64,000 nt of DNA, taken from the IMG/VR virus record IMGVR_UViG_3300036770_006330; one strand, written 5' to 3'. Every line of letters starts with the position of its first letter. The first letter of the stretch is position 1. Positions 43,501 to 51,768 of this stretch are shown here, one piece after another. The stretch is from a virus. The notes beneath the pieces are model-generated. The model did no database searches. It had not been told where the DNA came from and was given only the letters and a program-made list of their open reading frames with translations. The translations under genes and the position numbers were made by a program.

Positions 43501-44438
43501 CGGGAGTTATGAGTAAAAGTCCGTGAGCCACTAAATATAGAAACGCCGGTTCCGCTGCCGGTAATCGTTGCACCTAGATTTCCAGTTTGTGAACCCCTAT
43601 CCCAGCCAGTAAATGAATTGCTTTCGAATCCGGCATTTGATATCGGCGTTGGACCAGGGGCGATAGTAGTGGTCGTCGTTGCCGGCAGAGTAGTCGTAGT
43701 AGTCGGCGCAGTGGTCGTACTCGGTTCTATGGTCGTTGTCGTAGTTGAACTTGTTGTGCTGGTCGTAGTAGGCGCAGTAGTTGTGGTAGCCGGCACAGTA
43801 GTTGTTGTAGTGGTTGTTGTGGCGGCGATTATTTCAACAGCCGTTGAACCAATACACGGCAAACCGCCAGAGTTTGATGAGCATGTTTGCCAGCCAAGCG
43901 ATGATGTCCAGCTTGAATTTGTAACAAATTCTGTATTTGTGAGCAGTTCAGTTCCATCAAGTTTTAGTGACGCGGACTCGACTTGTGTTCCATAATTGCC
44001 ACCCCAAAATTCACCATCTTGACCAATGATGAATATTCGTGCGGTTGCGACACTGGCCCACCCAGAACCAACTCCAGTAGACGTTACGCTGATTGAGTAG
44101 TCGTTGAATACTCCACCGTCAGTAAGCGTTAGGTATCCCGTGCTGTGGCTATAAATACTCCCACCACCAGAACCCAGGAGCTGTATGCCAAGGGCGAGCG
44201 TGTCAGAGGACACCTTCCAATCTTGGACCTCGGCGGCGGAGATTGTTGCAGTGAGGGTGCTGCCTTCGGCAATTATTGAAGAAACGTTGACATCCTGGGA
44301 AACAGTGGCTTGCTGATAAGCGAAAACGAGTTTATTGCCATCTGCGGCGCGCGCTCCGAGCGGGATAAATAGCAAGACAAGTGAAATAAGTGAAATCAAG
44401 CATGCTGTCACGCGCACACGCGAAAACAAAACTGGCAT
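40506..44438 (-). CDS. large secreted/membrane-anchored mucin-like protein (Thr-rich linkers, beta-helix-like domain, C-terminal TMs)
   Basis: signal peptide; three poly-Thr tracts; pectin-lyase-like F..N repeats; acidic stalk; two C-terminal TM helices. Confidence 0.85.
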   Translation of the reverse strand: MPVLFSRVRVTACLISLISLVLLFIPLGARAADGNKLVFAYQQATVSQDVNVSSIIAEGSTLTATISAAEVQDWKVSSDTLALGIQLLGSGGGSIYSHSTGYLTLTDGGVFNDYSISVTSTGVGSGWASVATARIFIIGQDGEFWGGNYGTQVESASLKLDGTELLTNTEFVTNSSWTSSLGWQTCSSNSGGLPCIGSTAVEIIAATTTTTTTTVPATTTTAPTTTSTTSSTTTTTIEPSTTTAPTTTTTLPATTTTTIAPGPTPISNAGFESNSFTGWDRGSQTGNLGATITGSGTGVSIFSGSRTFTHNSRGAVGSPTLSNGSPNPYYAPAVPAGSWTFSPNNDSYAALLQPKNEQTFSQAMTALGLSGAPQTAIQNLLTADSQASGYGSPNPTDAAWITKDVELDAGVTYTMSWNYLGTDYVPYNDGSLTSLVPVTVESEPEITVNNYTEKYALLGFTNPGTGDYSVNSFGATGWQTSTYEVSVSGTYKLGFAVFNLGDTALSPVLMIDNVAGDTDRCVPAGSNCESFGGVAPNNETAPAVETTTTTSTTTTTTSTTTTIPQATALQVTSLLDDGSEGTFRWAINQANSQSGGIYDAIEFDISGTVSLTSDLPVITQGVSITGTGKTTTIIDGNDLYRAIYSSGSRSITIQDMTFKQGKNVSWNGGTIYNSQGTFTITNVRISDSPGWAFYQHNGGVTTFTNCDFINNVAGVTSDHGSTPSSKSLTDTDYTNRIYINNSTFEGNQYGLWVERFVRINGSTFENNTVGANIRGLNRQQVYNSQFTDNGNAIMFFSWIPTTWTPGEDNQLVEGNTFDGNSTAITFGNSFNNGSTTFNGVSANSWSTSRNNVFGQSASNTDNYSGSGYVVDSDSIVIPTTTTTTTTTTTATTTTTTTTTTTTTTTVPSTTTTVVVPTQTTTAPVPEPTPDTTPGTTVPETTTTTTPDTTIPETTVPDSSSTVPDLPGDEQTEPEVEPSEPETNPTLPADEPETEEPEQAESEQSSEEELPQEEEMPASQDSTIPSLDIDESSNAFEILDAVTDVLADISPEEAVAVVSAVLDSIIGDTETLTEEDKEKVAAVVAAVIENGVTEELATELVSSPAVLESISSEQAEQIFESVNAENLDESAAAAIVEAVQDAPEAIREVFENTVDLFQGAFDNYEMVNQTISVGERRTVVAVSVVAAATAAAAAIPQGSPSPASSPSPPRSDIAARKEDEETEAQGEIAGDGVDWVKQLSIYKYVNGEKTVDWKAFIKKFGLGIFNMGFTIAGAVVLFFTVSGFLRWVTVGAFAVATAMAMYVHMLEPDND
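41725..41804. repeat. GTA/GTG trinucleotide tract encoding poly-Thr
   Basis: about 26 consecutive GTA/GTG/GCG triplets. Confidence 0.85.
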
Positions 44439-44495
44439 TTATCCTCCCGCCGAGGACACCAATTTTAGCAGTAGCTATTGTTTGAAAAGCTACAC

Positions 44496-45155
44496 CTATT
44501 TGCCGGCGGGCCATTTCCCCCTAAAGAGACGAGCATCATTTTCGATATCTCGTTGAAAATTTGGCGGCGGGTCATTTACGATTGTTTGAGAACGATTACC
44601 GCTGCACGATGCAACGCCAGTAATGCCCGTTCGCCTATTTGCGGTCCGCGATACCCAACAAATAACGTCGACATCCCCGTACCACCACCTCATGCGCTCG
44701 TCAAATCTCCATTTTGGGACTAAATCTTTTGCAAGAAACATACAAAATCCAGCAAATCCAGTCGATGGAATAAATAACTCAGCTGTGCAATTATCCACAC
44801 AGGGCGAAACTAGGCCCAGGGTTGGGTCGCTGTCAATCAGTTCAGCGACTAATGACGCACAGTTTTCTGATATTGAGACGTCATCATTAATGAATGCTAT
44901 GTGGTTGTTTCGTTTTTGTAAATAGTCCATGCCGATATTCCACATGTTGTGTATTCCGGTCCCAACTGGAACAGCAAATACAACAACTTTGTCCTGAATT
45001 AAACCGGATACATGTTGTAGCGCATTTGGACCATCACATATAATCACTATCAAGCCAACATCAATGTCTCTAGAAAGTTGACCGATTAAATTCTGCAAAT
45101 CACCAAAATTCGATTTAGTCGGTATGACCACATCAACAGTGGACATTCTATTCAA
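44496..45155 (-). CDS. GT2-family glycosyltransferase
   Basis: VDVVIPT, WNIG, FINDDV, GFCM, WWYGD. Confidence 0.82.
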   Translation of the reverse strand: MNRMSTVDVVIPTKSNFGDLQNLIGQLSRDIDVGLIVIICDGPNALQHVSGLIQDKVVVFAVPVGTGIHNMWNIGMDYLQKRNNHIAFINDDVSISENCASLVAELIDSDPTLGLVSPCVDNCTAELFIPSTGFAGFCMFLAKDLVPKWRFDERMRWWYGDVDVICWVSRTANRRTGITGVASCSGNRSQTIVNDPPPNFQRDIENDARLFRGKWPAGK

Positions 45156-45882
45156 TCCACGCTTTCCTAACTGCTACGCCAATGCCTAAAAAATGTTGCC
45201 CGACGGAAACGTATTGGTCTGTGAATTCATGGAACGTGTGGGTTTCGGAGTTTTGTTCCTTAAACTCAGTCCAGTACTGGCCAACAGCAGGACAAGCAAA
45301 ACTTGATATGTCGTGAAAAATTTGAATATTTGAACACATAAGAGTCTTTTCGGCATCATTTTTAACGCCAAGATAGCTGTGGTCTCCGTCGATAAAAACC
45401 ACATCAAATATTTTATTGGATAAAAATTGCGCAAACTCGTCGGTGTGTGAATTTATTTGTATAAACTCAGCCAATTCTGGATTTAGTCGTAAATAGGCCG
45501 AGATTAGTGGGGGCTCGCTAATTATGTCGATTGCAATTGACTTTTCAAAATTTTTGTTTAGCGAAGAAAGTAATTCAGAATGGACAAGATACGTGCCACC
45601 ATGTCGACACCCTATTTCTAAATATGTTTTGATTTGTGGGGCAAAAGATGCTAAAAAAGTTATATAACGAGAAAATTGGTTTGGATATTGCCAAATTCGT
45701 AAACCAAGACCATGGCCCATATACGCGTGCAACTCCGGTGGTTGTTCATTTAGGTTTTCGTTATTTAGGCCCAAAGATGGCAAGAAAAAGTGCTCCCAAA
45801 ATTTTGGGTTTTTTAGTGCTTTTGCCCCAACTAGCGAAAAGGCAAGATTCGTGGAATATGCAGCTTTGTCGTAGTCAAACAT
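45148..45882 (-). CDS. class I SAM-dependent methyltransferase (Methyltransf_24-like)
   Basis: YLEIGCRHGGT, FIDGDHSY.GV..D, FHDI. Confidence 0.88.
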   Translation of the reverse strand: MFDYDKAAYSTNLAFSLVGAKALKNPKFWEHFFLPSLGLNNENLNEQPPELHAYMGHGLGLRIWQYPNQFSRYITFLASFAPQIKTYLEIGCRHGGTYLVHSELLSSLNKNFEKSIAIDIISEPPLISAYLRLNPELAEFIQINSHTDEFAQFLSNKIFDVVFIDGDHSYLGVKNDAEKTLMCSNIQIFHDISSFACPAVGQYWTEFKEQNSETHTFHEFTDQYVSVGQHFLGIGVAVRKAWIE

Positions 45883-47657
45883 TACATGTCTCCGATTTCA
45901 AATGAATGATTTATGAGAGTTTGCACTTCATCTCGAAAAGTGGGTTTTTCGCCACGGATAAAATTGTGGTATTGAAGCTGCGAGACAAAGTTAGATTCAA
46001 AATTGTCATAGATATCTTTTATTCGTGCTCCAAGCCCATCAACGGAATCAAACTTAAATTTGTCGTCTATTGGAACATCGATATGATTTTTCGCTGCGCC
46101 TTTTGCGGCTGTCAACACAACGCATCCAGATATCGACGCTTCTCTTGGCATCCTATCTTTACCTGGGTGGTTGCCAAAATCTACATAGACCATTGATTCA
46201 GCAAATATTTGGGCTAGTTCGTGTTTTTGTTTACCGGCGATTTCTATTACTTCGATGTCGGGATTTTCAGCAATAAATTGCTCAGCAAGTTCTTTTCCTT
46301 TTTTGGGATTGGTTATCACACGTCTTATGCGCACTTTTGATTTTGGGGACCTAAAAGCATCATGGACGTAATCGGTCAACATCAAAGCATCGCGACCAAA
46401 CAACGTTTTGACGTGCAAGCGCGCATACTCTGATTGCGCGGCATGTCGCCACGCCTTGTTCGCAATCTGTGGGTCGGCGGCAACAAAGTGGTCAACGGAT
46501 AGCCACCAAAAAACTATTCTGTTTGTAAACTCATTGAGCATGTATGGATATACCTCTGGAATAACCACTATGTCATCTGGTTGAATTTCGTCTCTATGTA
46601 TTACTGGGGTGTCGTATGACGAAAATTCTTTTGCTTTCAAGTGGGAGGCATCAAACGGTGTGTAACAAATTTTTCCCATTCCTGGAGATAGTTCATTGAC
46701 TGTGTCAATTAGTTGATGCAAAGCTTCTGGCCCGCCAGAAACAAAATTTGCAGGACAAATAGCTACTATTTTGGGCCGCGGCCTACGAGTGCTATTCAAT
46801 TCAAAATTAAAATATTCCGGCTGCACATCTGGGATGGGGTCAACCAATGGCATGTTCACGGCAGGAGAATTCATGATGATGTTATTTAGCGTATGTTTCG
46901 AAGCTTCTTCTACTGAAACCGAAGAGCCGAATGTATGAAGCATTCCAGTTGGGAGCCATTTGGGAGGAATGTTTGGCGGAATGCCAAGCCAATTATGACA
47001 AATATCTACGCTGTATATTAGCCTGGCAGATATTGATGGGCTTACATATTGTCCACCTGTTGAGAAGCCGGCCATATGGCACCGTCTAGACATTTGCGCA
47101 TGTTCGTAGCCGTATACGTGTGGGGTTGTCGGGTCATAACCACCCACCGAGTCAAGACACGCTCTCGAAAAGTACAACGCCACGCCTAGGGCATTTTTTG
47201 TAACAGCCATCTGCGTGTGCGTACCGCCGAACCGCGACACTAAGCCAAGTCGTTTGGAAAGCGAAGAAGCGACTTCGCCGGATGGAGTTTCATCAAGAAA
47301 CCACATACTGTGGCCAATATTATTCTGCTCATTCACATATATAAATGCATCTGCCCATCCGTAGGCGTGTGGCCACGCATCGTCATCGAACAAAAATACA
47401 TAATCGCAATCAGACAGCATGGATAGGCAAGCATTTTTTGCTTTAGCTATACCAAGCCGAACTGGAGAATATTTATATGCGATTGGAGCCGTGGATTCAG
47501 AAATAATTAGCCTGGTAGCTTCAGCATCTTCGCTGTTGTCATCTATCACGACCAACTTGTCTCCAGAGCCAAATGCCGCAAAATGCTCGAGACAAGACCT
47601 AAGGCATTCTGGCCTGTTTCTAGTAGTTATTCCAATTCCTATTTTTTTATTATTCAT
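45882..47657 (-). CDS. bifunctional glycosyltransferase (GT2-like N-terminus plus GT-B-like C-terminus)
   Basis: IGITTRNR, VIDDNS, LGIAKAKN, FLFDDD; then GGPEALHQL, YVDFG.HPGKDR.PREA...GC. Confidence 0.82.
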   Translation of the reverse strand: MNNKKIGIGITTRNRPECLRSCLEHFAAFGSGDKLVVIDDNSEDAEATRLIISESTAPIAYKYSPVRLGIAKAKNACLSMLSDCDYVFLFDDDAWPHAYGWADAFIYVNEQNNIGHSMWFLDETPSGEVASSLSKRLGLVSRFGGTHTQMAVTKNALGVALYFSRACLDSVGGYDPTTPHVYGYEHAQMSRRCHMAGFSTGGQYVSPSISARLIYSVDICHNWLGIPPNIPPKWLPTGMLHTFGSSVSVEEASKHTLNNIIMNSPAVNMPLVDPIPDVQPEYFNFELNSTRRPRPKIVAICPANFVSGGPEALHQLIDTVNELSPGMGKICYTPFDASHLKAKEFSSYDTPVIHRDEIQPDDIVVIPEVYPYMLNEFTNRIVFWWLSVDHFVAADPQIANKAWRHAAQSEYARLHVKTLFGRDALMLTDYVHDAFRSPKSKVRIRRVITNPKKGKELAEQFIAENPDIEVIEIAGKQKHELAQIFAESMVYVDFGNHPGKDRMPREASISGCVVLTAAKGAAKNHIDVPIDDKFKFDSVDGLGARIKDIYDNFESNFVSQLQYHNFIRGEKPTFRDEVQTLINHSFEIGDM

Positions 47658-47659
47658 GA

Positions 47660-48748
47660 CTACATCCCAAGTATAAATCTGAATGTTGCGTCCCAGTCGA
47701 GTCCACGCTCACTCATAGAAAAAGCTTTTAGCTGGTCATAGTTATGGCTTACTTCATCTCTGCGCACATTGGGTTTGAGCAGTTCGTCAAGGTGATACTG
47801 CCATTCATCTGCCGTGTTGGCTATTCGCCCTATCCCTTGGTCTGATAGGTGTTCATATTCTGGTGAGTACGAAGAAACAAAAGGAACTCCAGCTGCAGCG
47901 TATTCAAGACCTTTTATAAAAGATTTTGCATGATTAAAGGGAATATTATTTAGTGGAACTATTCCAATATCAATTGGCTCAAAAAGTTTTGGATAGGAAA
48001 GAATCGGAACCAGAGAATTGGTTTTTGCGTATTCGGCAGGCACTCCAAGCACATCATATGCCGCTGGCGCATCTACTGTGTGCCCAGAATGATGAAAATA
48101 CAAACTTCGTGATTGTATGTAATCAGAAAACCATGGGGTGAGCTGCTCTAGGTCGTTGGAGCGCCACGGAGTTGCCCCTACCCAACCAATGCGCAATCGT
48201 CTTTGGCCTAAAAACCGTTTTTTTTTCCACCGTTCAATGTCTATACCATTTCGAACCATAAAAACATTTGGGCGCTTATTGGCATAATAGTTAAATAGAA
48301 ACGGCGTGGAAGTTATTACCGCATCAGCACGTTGAATTATTTCAGCATATATTTCGCGATTATTGTCTGGGTTATTTTTGGGGTCAGTGGCAGTATACGC
48401 TCGATTAGATTTTGATAAACCATCAAACCAGTCGTCAACGTCAACGACAATTTTTTGACCAAGCTGTTTCGCTCGGTCCATTCCCTCAAGAACTTTTTTC
48501 TGCATAAGTAATTTAAATACGATGATGTCCCAACCATGAATAATTTGGCCCTCATTAACAATTAAGCCAAAGCCTTTCTGTTCGCTAAATCCAGGGAATC
48601 CCATTCCAGAAACCCAACCATGTTTCCGGAGTTCTTCCATTGGAAGTTGACATCTGTACCATGCACACCCATTTGGCTGAAGCGGGTCAGTTCCCCAGGC
48701 CCAGTCGCCGGTTAGGTAGCAAACGGTCGGTTTTCGTTTTTTTTTCAT
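47660..48748 (-). CDS. GT-B (GT4-like) glycosyltransferase
   Basis: WYRC..P, DVDD, IGWVG, DIGIVPL...FN.AKS.IK.LEYAAAGVP. Confidence 0.85.
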   Translation of the reverse strand: MKKKRKPTVCYLTGDWAWGTDPLQPNGCAWYRCQLPMEELRKHGWVSGMGFPGFSEQKGFGLIVNEGQIIHGWDIIVFKLLMQKKVLEGMDRAKQLGQKIVVDVDDWFDGLSKSNRAYTATDPKNNPDNNREIYAEIIQRADAVITSTPFLFNYYANKRPNVFMVRNGIDIERWKKKRFLGQRRLRIGWVGATPWRSNDLEQLTPWFSDYIQSRSLYFHHSGHTVDAPAAYDVLGVPAEYAKTNSLVPILSYPKLFEPIDIGIVPLNNIPFNHAKSFIKGLEYAAAGVPFVSSYSPEYEHLSDQGIGRIANTADEWQYHLDELLKPNVRRDEVSHNYDQLKAFSMSERGLDWDATFRFILGM

Positions 48749-49152
48749 TGTTCGTGTGCAAATCCAGTAGCGCGGTCAAAATAATCTGTTCGTTCAAGCC
48801 TAATCGACCGCATTGGCCCTGGTGTGCTCGGGCTGCGATTTTGCTCTGTTGTGGTTTCGAATTGTTGAACAATTTTTCTATATGGGAGACGCGCTTCGTC
48901 GAGCCCGCGGTCATGCCTGTGGAGCATGTCGAAAAATGCGTCATTGGGAGTTTTCCCAATACCGATATTTGCAGCTGCTTTAGATGCCCAAAAATCAGCG
49001 CATGCTTCGTCATCCCCAACTGCATCGTCGGGAATAAAGTCGCAATTAGCCATACAGAACCACTCTCCGCCTTCATAGACCCCGCCATACCGAGACTGAG
49101 AGATGACTATTGGATACAAACCAATAAGGTCCATGTTCGAGAAACTTTCCAT
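48745..49152 (-). CDS. hypothetical protein
   Basis: YPIVI.QSRYGGVYEGGEW. Confidence 0.7.
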   Translation of the reverse strand: MESFSNMDLIGLYPIVISQSRYGGVYEGGEWFCMANCDFIPDDAVGDDEACADFWASKAAANIGIGKTPNDAFFDMLHRHDRGLDEARLPYRKIVQQFETTTEQNRSPSTPGPMRSIRLERTDYFDRATGFAHEQ

Positions 49153-49263
49153 CGGCTAGATGTTAGTCCGTAAGTTGCCGTCAACAGATAAATAGTTTAT
49201 TAACTGGTAGCTACGTCTAGTAAGTGCTACTCTTGTCTTGGGTGACAAAACAGGAGGCCCAAA

Positions 49264-49479
49264 ATGAACACAGCATTCCTCAAAGACACGGTTGAAAGAG
49301 CAGTCAGAACATTTCTCCAGGGCTACCTGGGTTCATGGCTTGCAACAGGAGCAGATTTCGATGGTCTTGTTGGCTCAGACAATCTGAAGGTTGGCGTTGT
49401 GGCAGTCGCTCTCTCGGTTGCCATGTCGATGGGTCTCAAGAAAGTCGGTTCGAACAAGGAATCTGGCTCAGTCCTTTAA
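49264..49479 (+). CDS. holin (r1t-like)
   Basis: F.KD..ERAVRTF.Q; AGGAGG SD. Confidence 0.75.
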   Translation: MNTAFLKDTVERAVRTFLQGYLGSWLATGADFDGLVGSDNLKVGVVAVALSVAMSMGLKKVGSNKESGSVL

Positions 49480-49547
49480 TCCCCCGCAACCTGCAATTTT
49501 TGCGGGGTTCTCTCATCTAAAATTGCTATGCAACGCTGGGAGAATGC

Positions 49548-49913
49548 ATGCTGGCTGGTACTTATAACATCTATTGTGAGCAGGGTGCGACCTTTGGTCG
49601 GTTCATGACCATAGAGGTGCCAGACGAAATTGACCCAGAAATCACTACGCCATACGACTTAACGGATTACACCGCCAGAATGCAGGTTCGCAGGACCATT
49701 GATAACGGCACCGTTATGGCAGAACTAACCACAGAGAACGGGTTAATCACGCTAGGTGGGGTGCTCGGCACAATAGAGATTCAAATGCCTGCAGAAATGA
49801 CAGCGTCTTTGTCAACGAGCGGAGTTTATGACCTCGAAATAATTAATTCCGGGGGTCAAGTGTCTAGGGTTGTGCAGGGAAGTTTCACCCTTAACCAAGA
49901 GGTAACCAGATGA
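49548..49913 (+). CDS. virion structural/baseplate-associated protein
   Basis: QGATF...DLT.YTARMQVR...GVYDLEI...V.R...G. Confidence 0.75.
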   Translation: MLAGTYNIYCEQGATFGRFMTIEVPDEIDPEITTPYDLTDYTARMQVRRTIDNGTVMAELTTENGLITLGGVLGTIEIQMPAEMTASLSTSGVYDLEIINSGGQVSRVVQGSFTLNQEVTR

Positions 49914-50221
49914 GCGGTTACCCAAATCAGGTATTGGTTGAGCAGGACACTGCGAACCAGGTAATTGTTGACGAGCAGGTCGCTAATCAAATCACGATTA
50001 GAACTGGTTCAATTTCGCTTGGTGTAACGAAACGCCATATCCACACCCAGGCAAGTGCGGCAACAACCTGGATAATTAATCACTTGCTCGGTGGCAAACC
50101 ATCTGTCACCATCGTTGATTCTGCTGACACTGTAGTCGTGGGTGAGGTAACATATAACAGCAATACTCAGGTGACGGTCGAGTTCACGTCACCATTTTCT
50201 GGGTATGCGTATTTAACATAA
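49910..50221 (+). CDS. minor structural protein
   Basis: W.INH.LG..PSVT.VDS...F..PFSG.AYL. Confidence 0.7.
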   Translation: MSGYPNQVLVEQDTANQVIVDEQVANQITIRTGSISLGVTKRHIHTQASAATTWIINHLLGGKPSVTIVDSADTVVVGEVTYNSNTQVTVEFTSPFSGYAYLT

Positions 50222-50230
50222 GGTGGATTA

Positions 50231-51712
50231 ATGGCGCAGAGATTTGTCACCAATCTAAATCTTAATCAAAATCAACTGATTAACGGCACCTTTGAGGTTG
50301 TCGCTATTGACCCGAACACGAACCTGTTCGACGGTCGAATGATTTTCAACTCTGCAGAAGGAACAATCAAGGTTTACGACCTTACTTCCGCTACATGGCG
50401 GAAGATGCTCACTGGAATTACGATTTCCAATTCCGGAGACGCGGCATCGGCCCTTACGGTCGGCGAGTCGAATGGTTACATAACCCTCACGCCAAACTAC
50501 GTCACCTCGGCAAGCGCCGGTGTGATGTACGCGTCGGACAAGGTGAAGCTTGACAATGCTACGTCAAGCGACAGCATTGGCACGCTTGTTATGCGTTCTG
50601 GAACAGGAACGTTCCAGGCTGCAACCCCGGTAAATGGTCTTGATGTTGCAAACAAGTCATACGTTGACTCTGCGAGAACCGGGCTCGATGTAAAAGCATC
50701 AGTAAAGGTAGCAACAACAGAAGAGGGTGCGCTCTCTACGGCGTTTGCTGCCGGCCAGCTCGTAGACGGATACACACTTGTTGCTGGCGACCGAATCCTC
50801 ATCAAGAATCAGAGCAATGCCGAAGACAATGGCATTTATGTCGTGCAGCCAAGCGGCGCGCCAATTCGAGCAACCGATGCTGATAGTTCCGCCGAGGTAA
50901 CACCAGGTCTCTTCACATTCGTTGAACAAGGAACTACAAACGCAGACTCTGGCTGGGTTCTCATTACTGATGGGAACATCAACCTTGGTGTAACCGAACT
51001 TGAGTTCTCACTCTTCTCTGTCGCCGGAAACATTCTTGCTGGTGATGGCCTCTCAAAGACCGGTGACGTTCTCTCTGTCAATGTCGATGGCACAAGCCTC
51101 GAAATTGTTTCAGATGACCTCCGTATCGCCTCTGGTGCTGCTGGTGATGGCCTCGGTTGGAGCACGGGTGTTCTCTCCGTAAATGTCGCTGCGTCTGGCG
51201 CCGTAGAGATTGTCGCTGACAATCTTGAAGTCAAGCTTGATTCAAGCTATAGCGGACTTGCCAAGTCGAGCGGTGGACTCAGAATCAATTCCAATATTGC
51301 TGGTGATGGAATTACTTACACGAATGGTGTTCTCAGCAGAAACGTAATTGACCTCGGCCAAGGCTCCGACGACACAACCGGAACACTCCCAGTTGACCAA
51401 GGTGGTACCGGAGCGACAACCGAGTCGACAGCAAGAACGAATCTTGCTGCTGACACACCGGCACTTGGTTATACGCCATCTGTTGCTCCGGCTCTTGCTC
51501 GCGTAACCCATCAGGTAATCGGTGATGCAACAAATACCGACTACACCATTACGCACAATTTCAACACCAGGGCAGTTGTTGTTCAGGTGTTTGATACAAG
51601 CACGTATGACACGGTAATCGCCGATGTGGTAAGAACAAGCACCAATTCAGTAACTATCAGCTTCTCTGTCGCACCATCTGCTGGCGCCTACACTGTCGTC
51701 ATAACAGGTTAA
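50231..51712 (+). CDS. tail fibre/minor tail protein
   Basis: ANKSYVD..GLDVKASVKVATT, GDRILIKNQ...NGIY, AGDGL repeats. Confidence 0.8.
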   Translation: MAQRFVTNLNLNQNQLINGTFEVVAIDPNTNLFDGRMIFNSAEGTIKVYDLTSATWRKMLTGITISNSGDAASALTVGESNGYITLTPNYVTSASAGVMYASDKVKLDNATSSDSIGTLVMRSGTGTFQAATPVNGLDVANKSYVDSARTGLDVKASVKVATTEEGALSTAFAAGQLVDGYTLVAGDRILIKNQSNAEDNGIYVVQPSGAPIRATDADSSAEVTPGLFTFVEQGTTNADSGWVLITDGNINLGVTELEFSLFSVAGNILAGDGLSKTGDVLSVNVDGTSLEIVSDDLRIASGAAGDGLGWSTGVLSVNVAASGAVEIVADNLEVKLDSSYSGLAKSSGGLRINSNIAGDGITYTNGVLSRNVIDLGQGSDDTTGTLPVDQGGTGATTESTARTNLAADTPALGYTPSVAPALARVTHQVIGDATNTDYTITHNFNTRAVVVQVFDTSTYDTVIADVVRTSTNSVTISFSVAPSAGAYTVVITG

Positions 51713-51768
51713 TCCATAGTGCCTCGAGGGGCACGAACGACGACTAGAAGACAGTTGAGGCTGTATTC

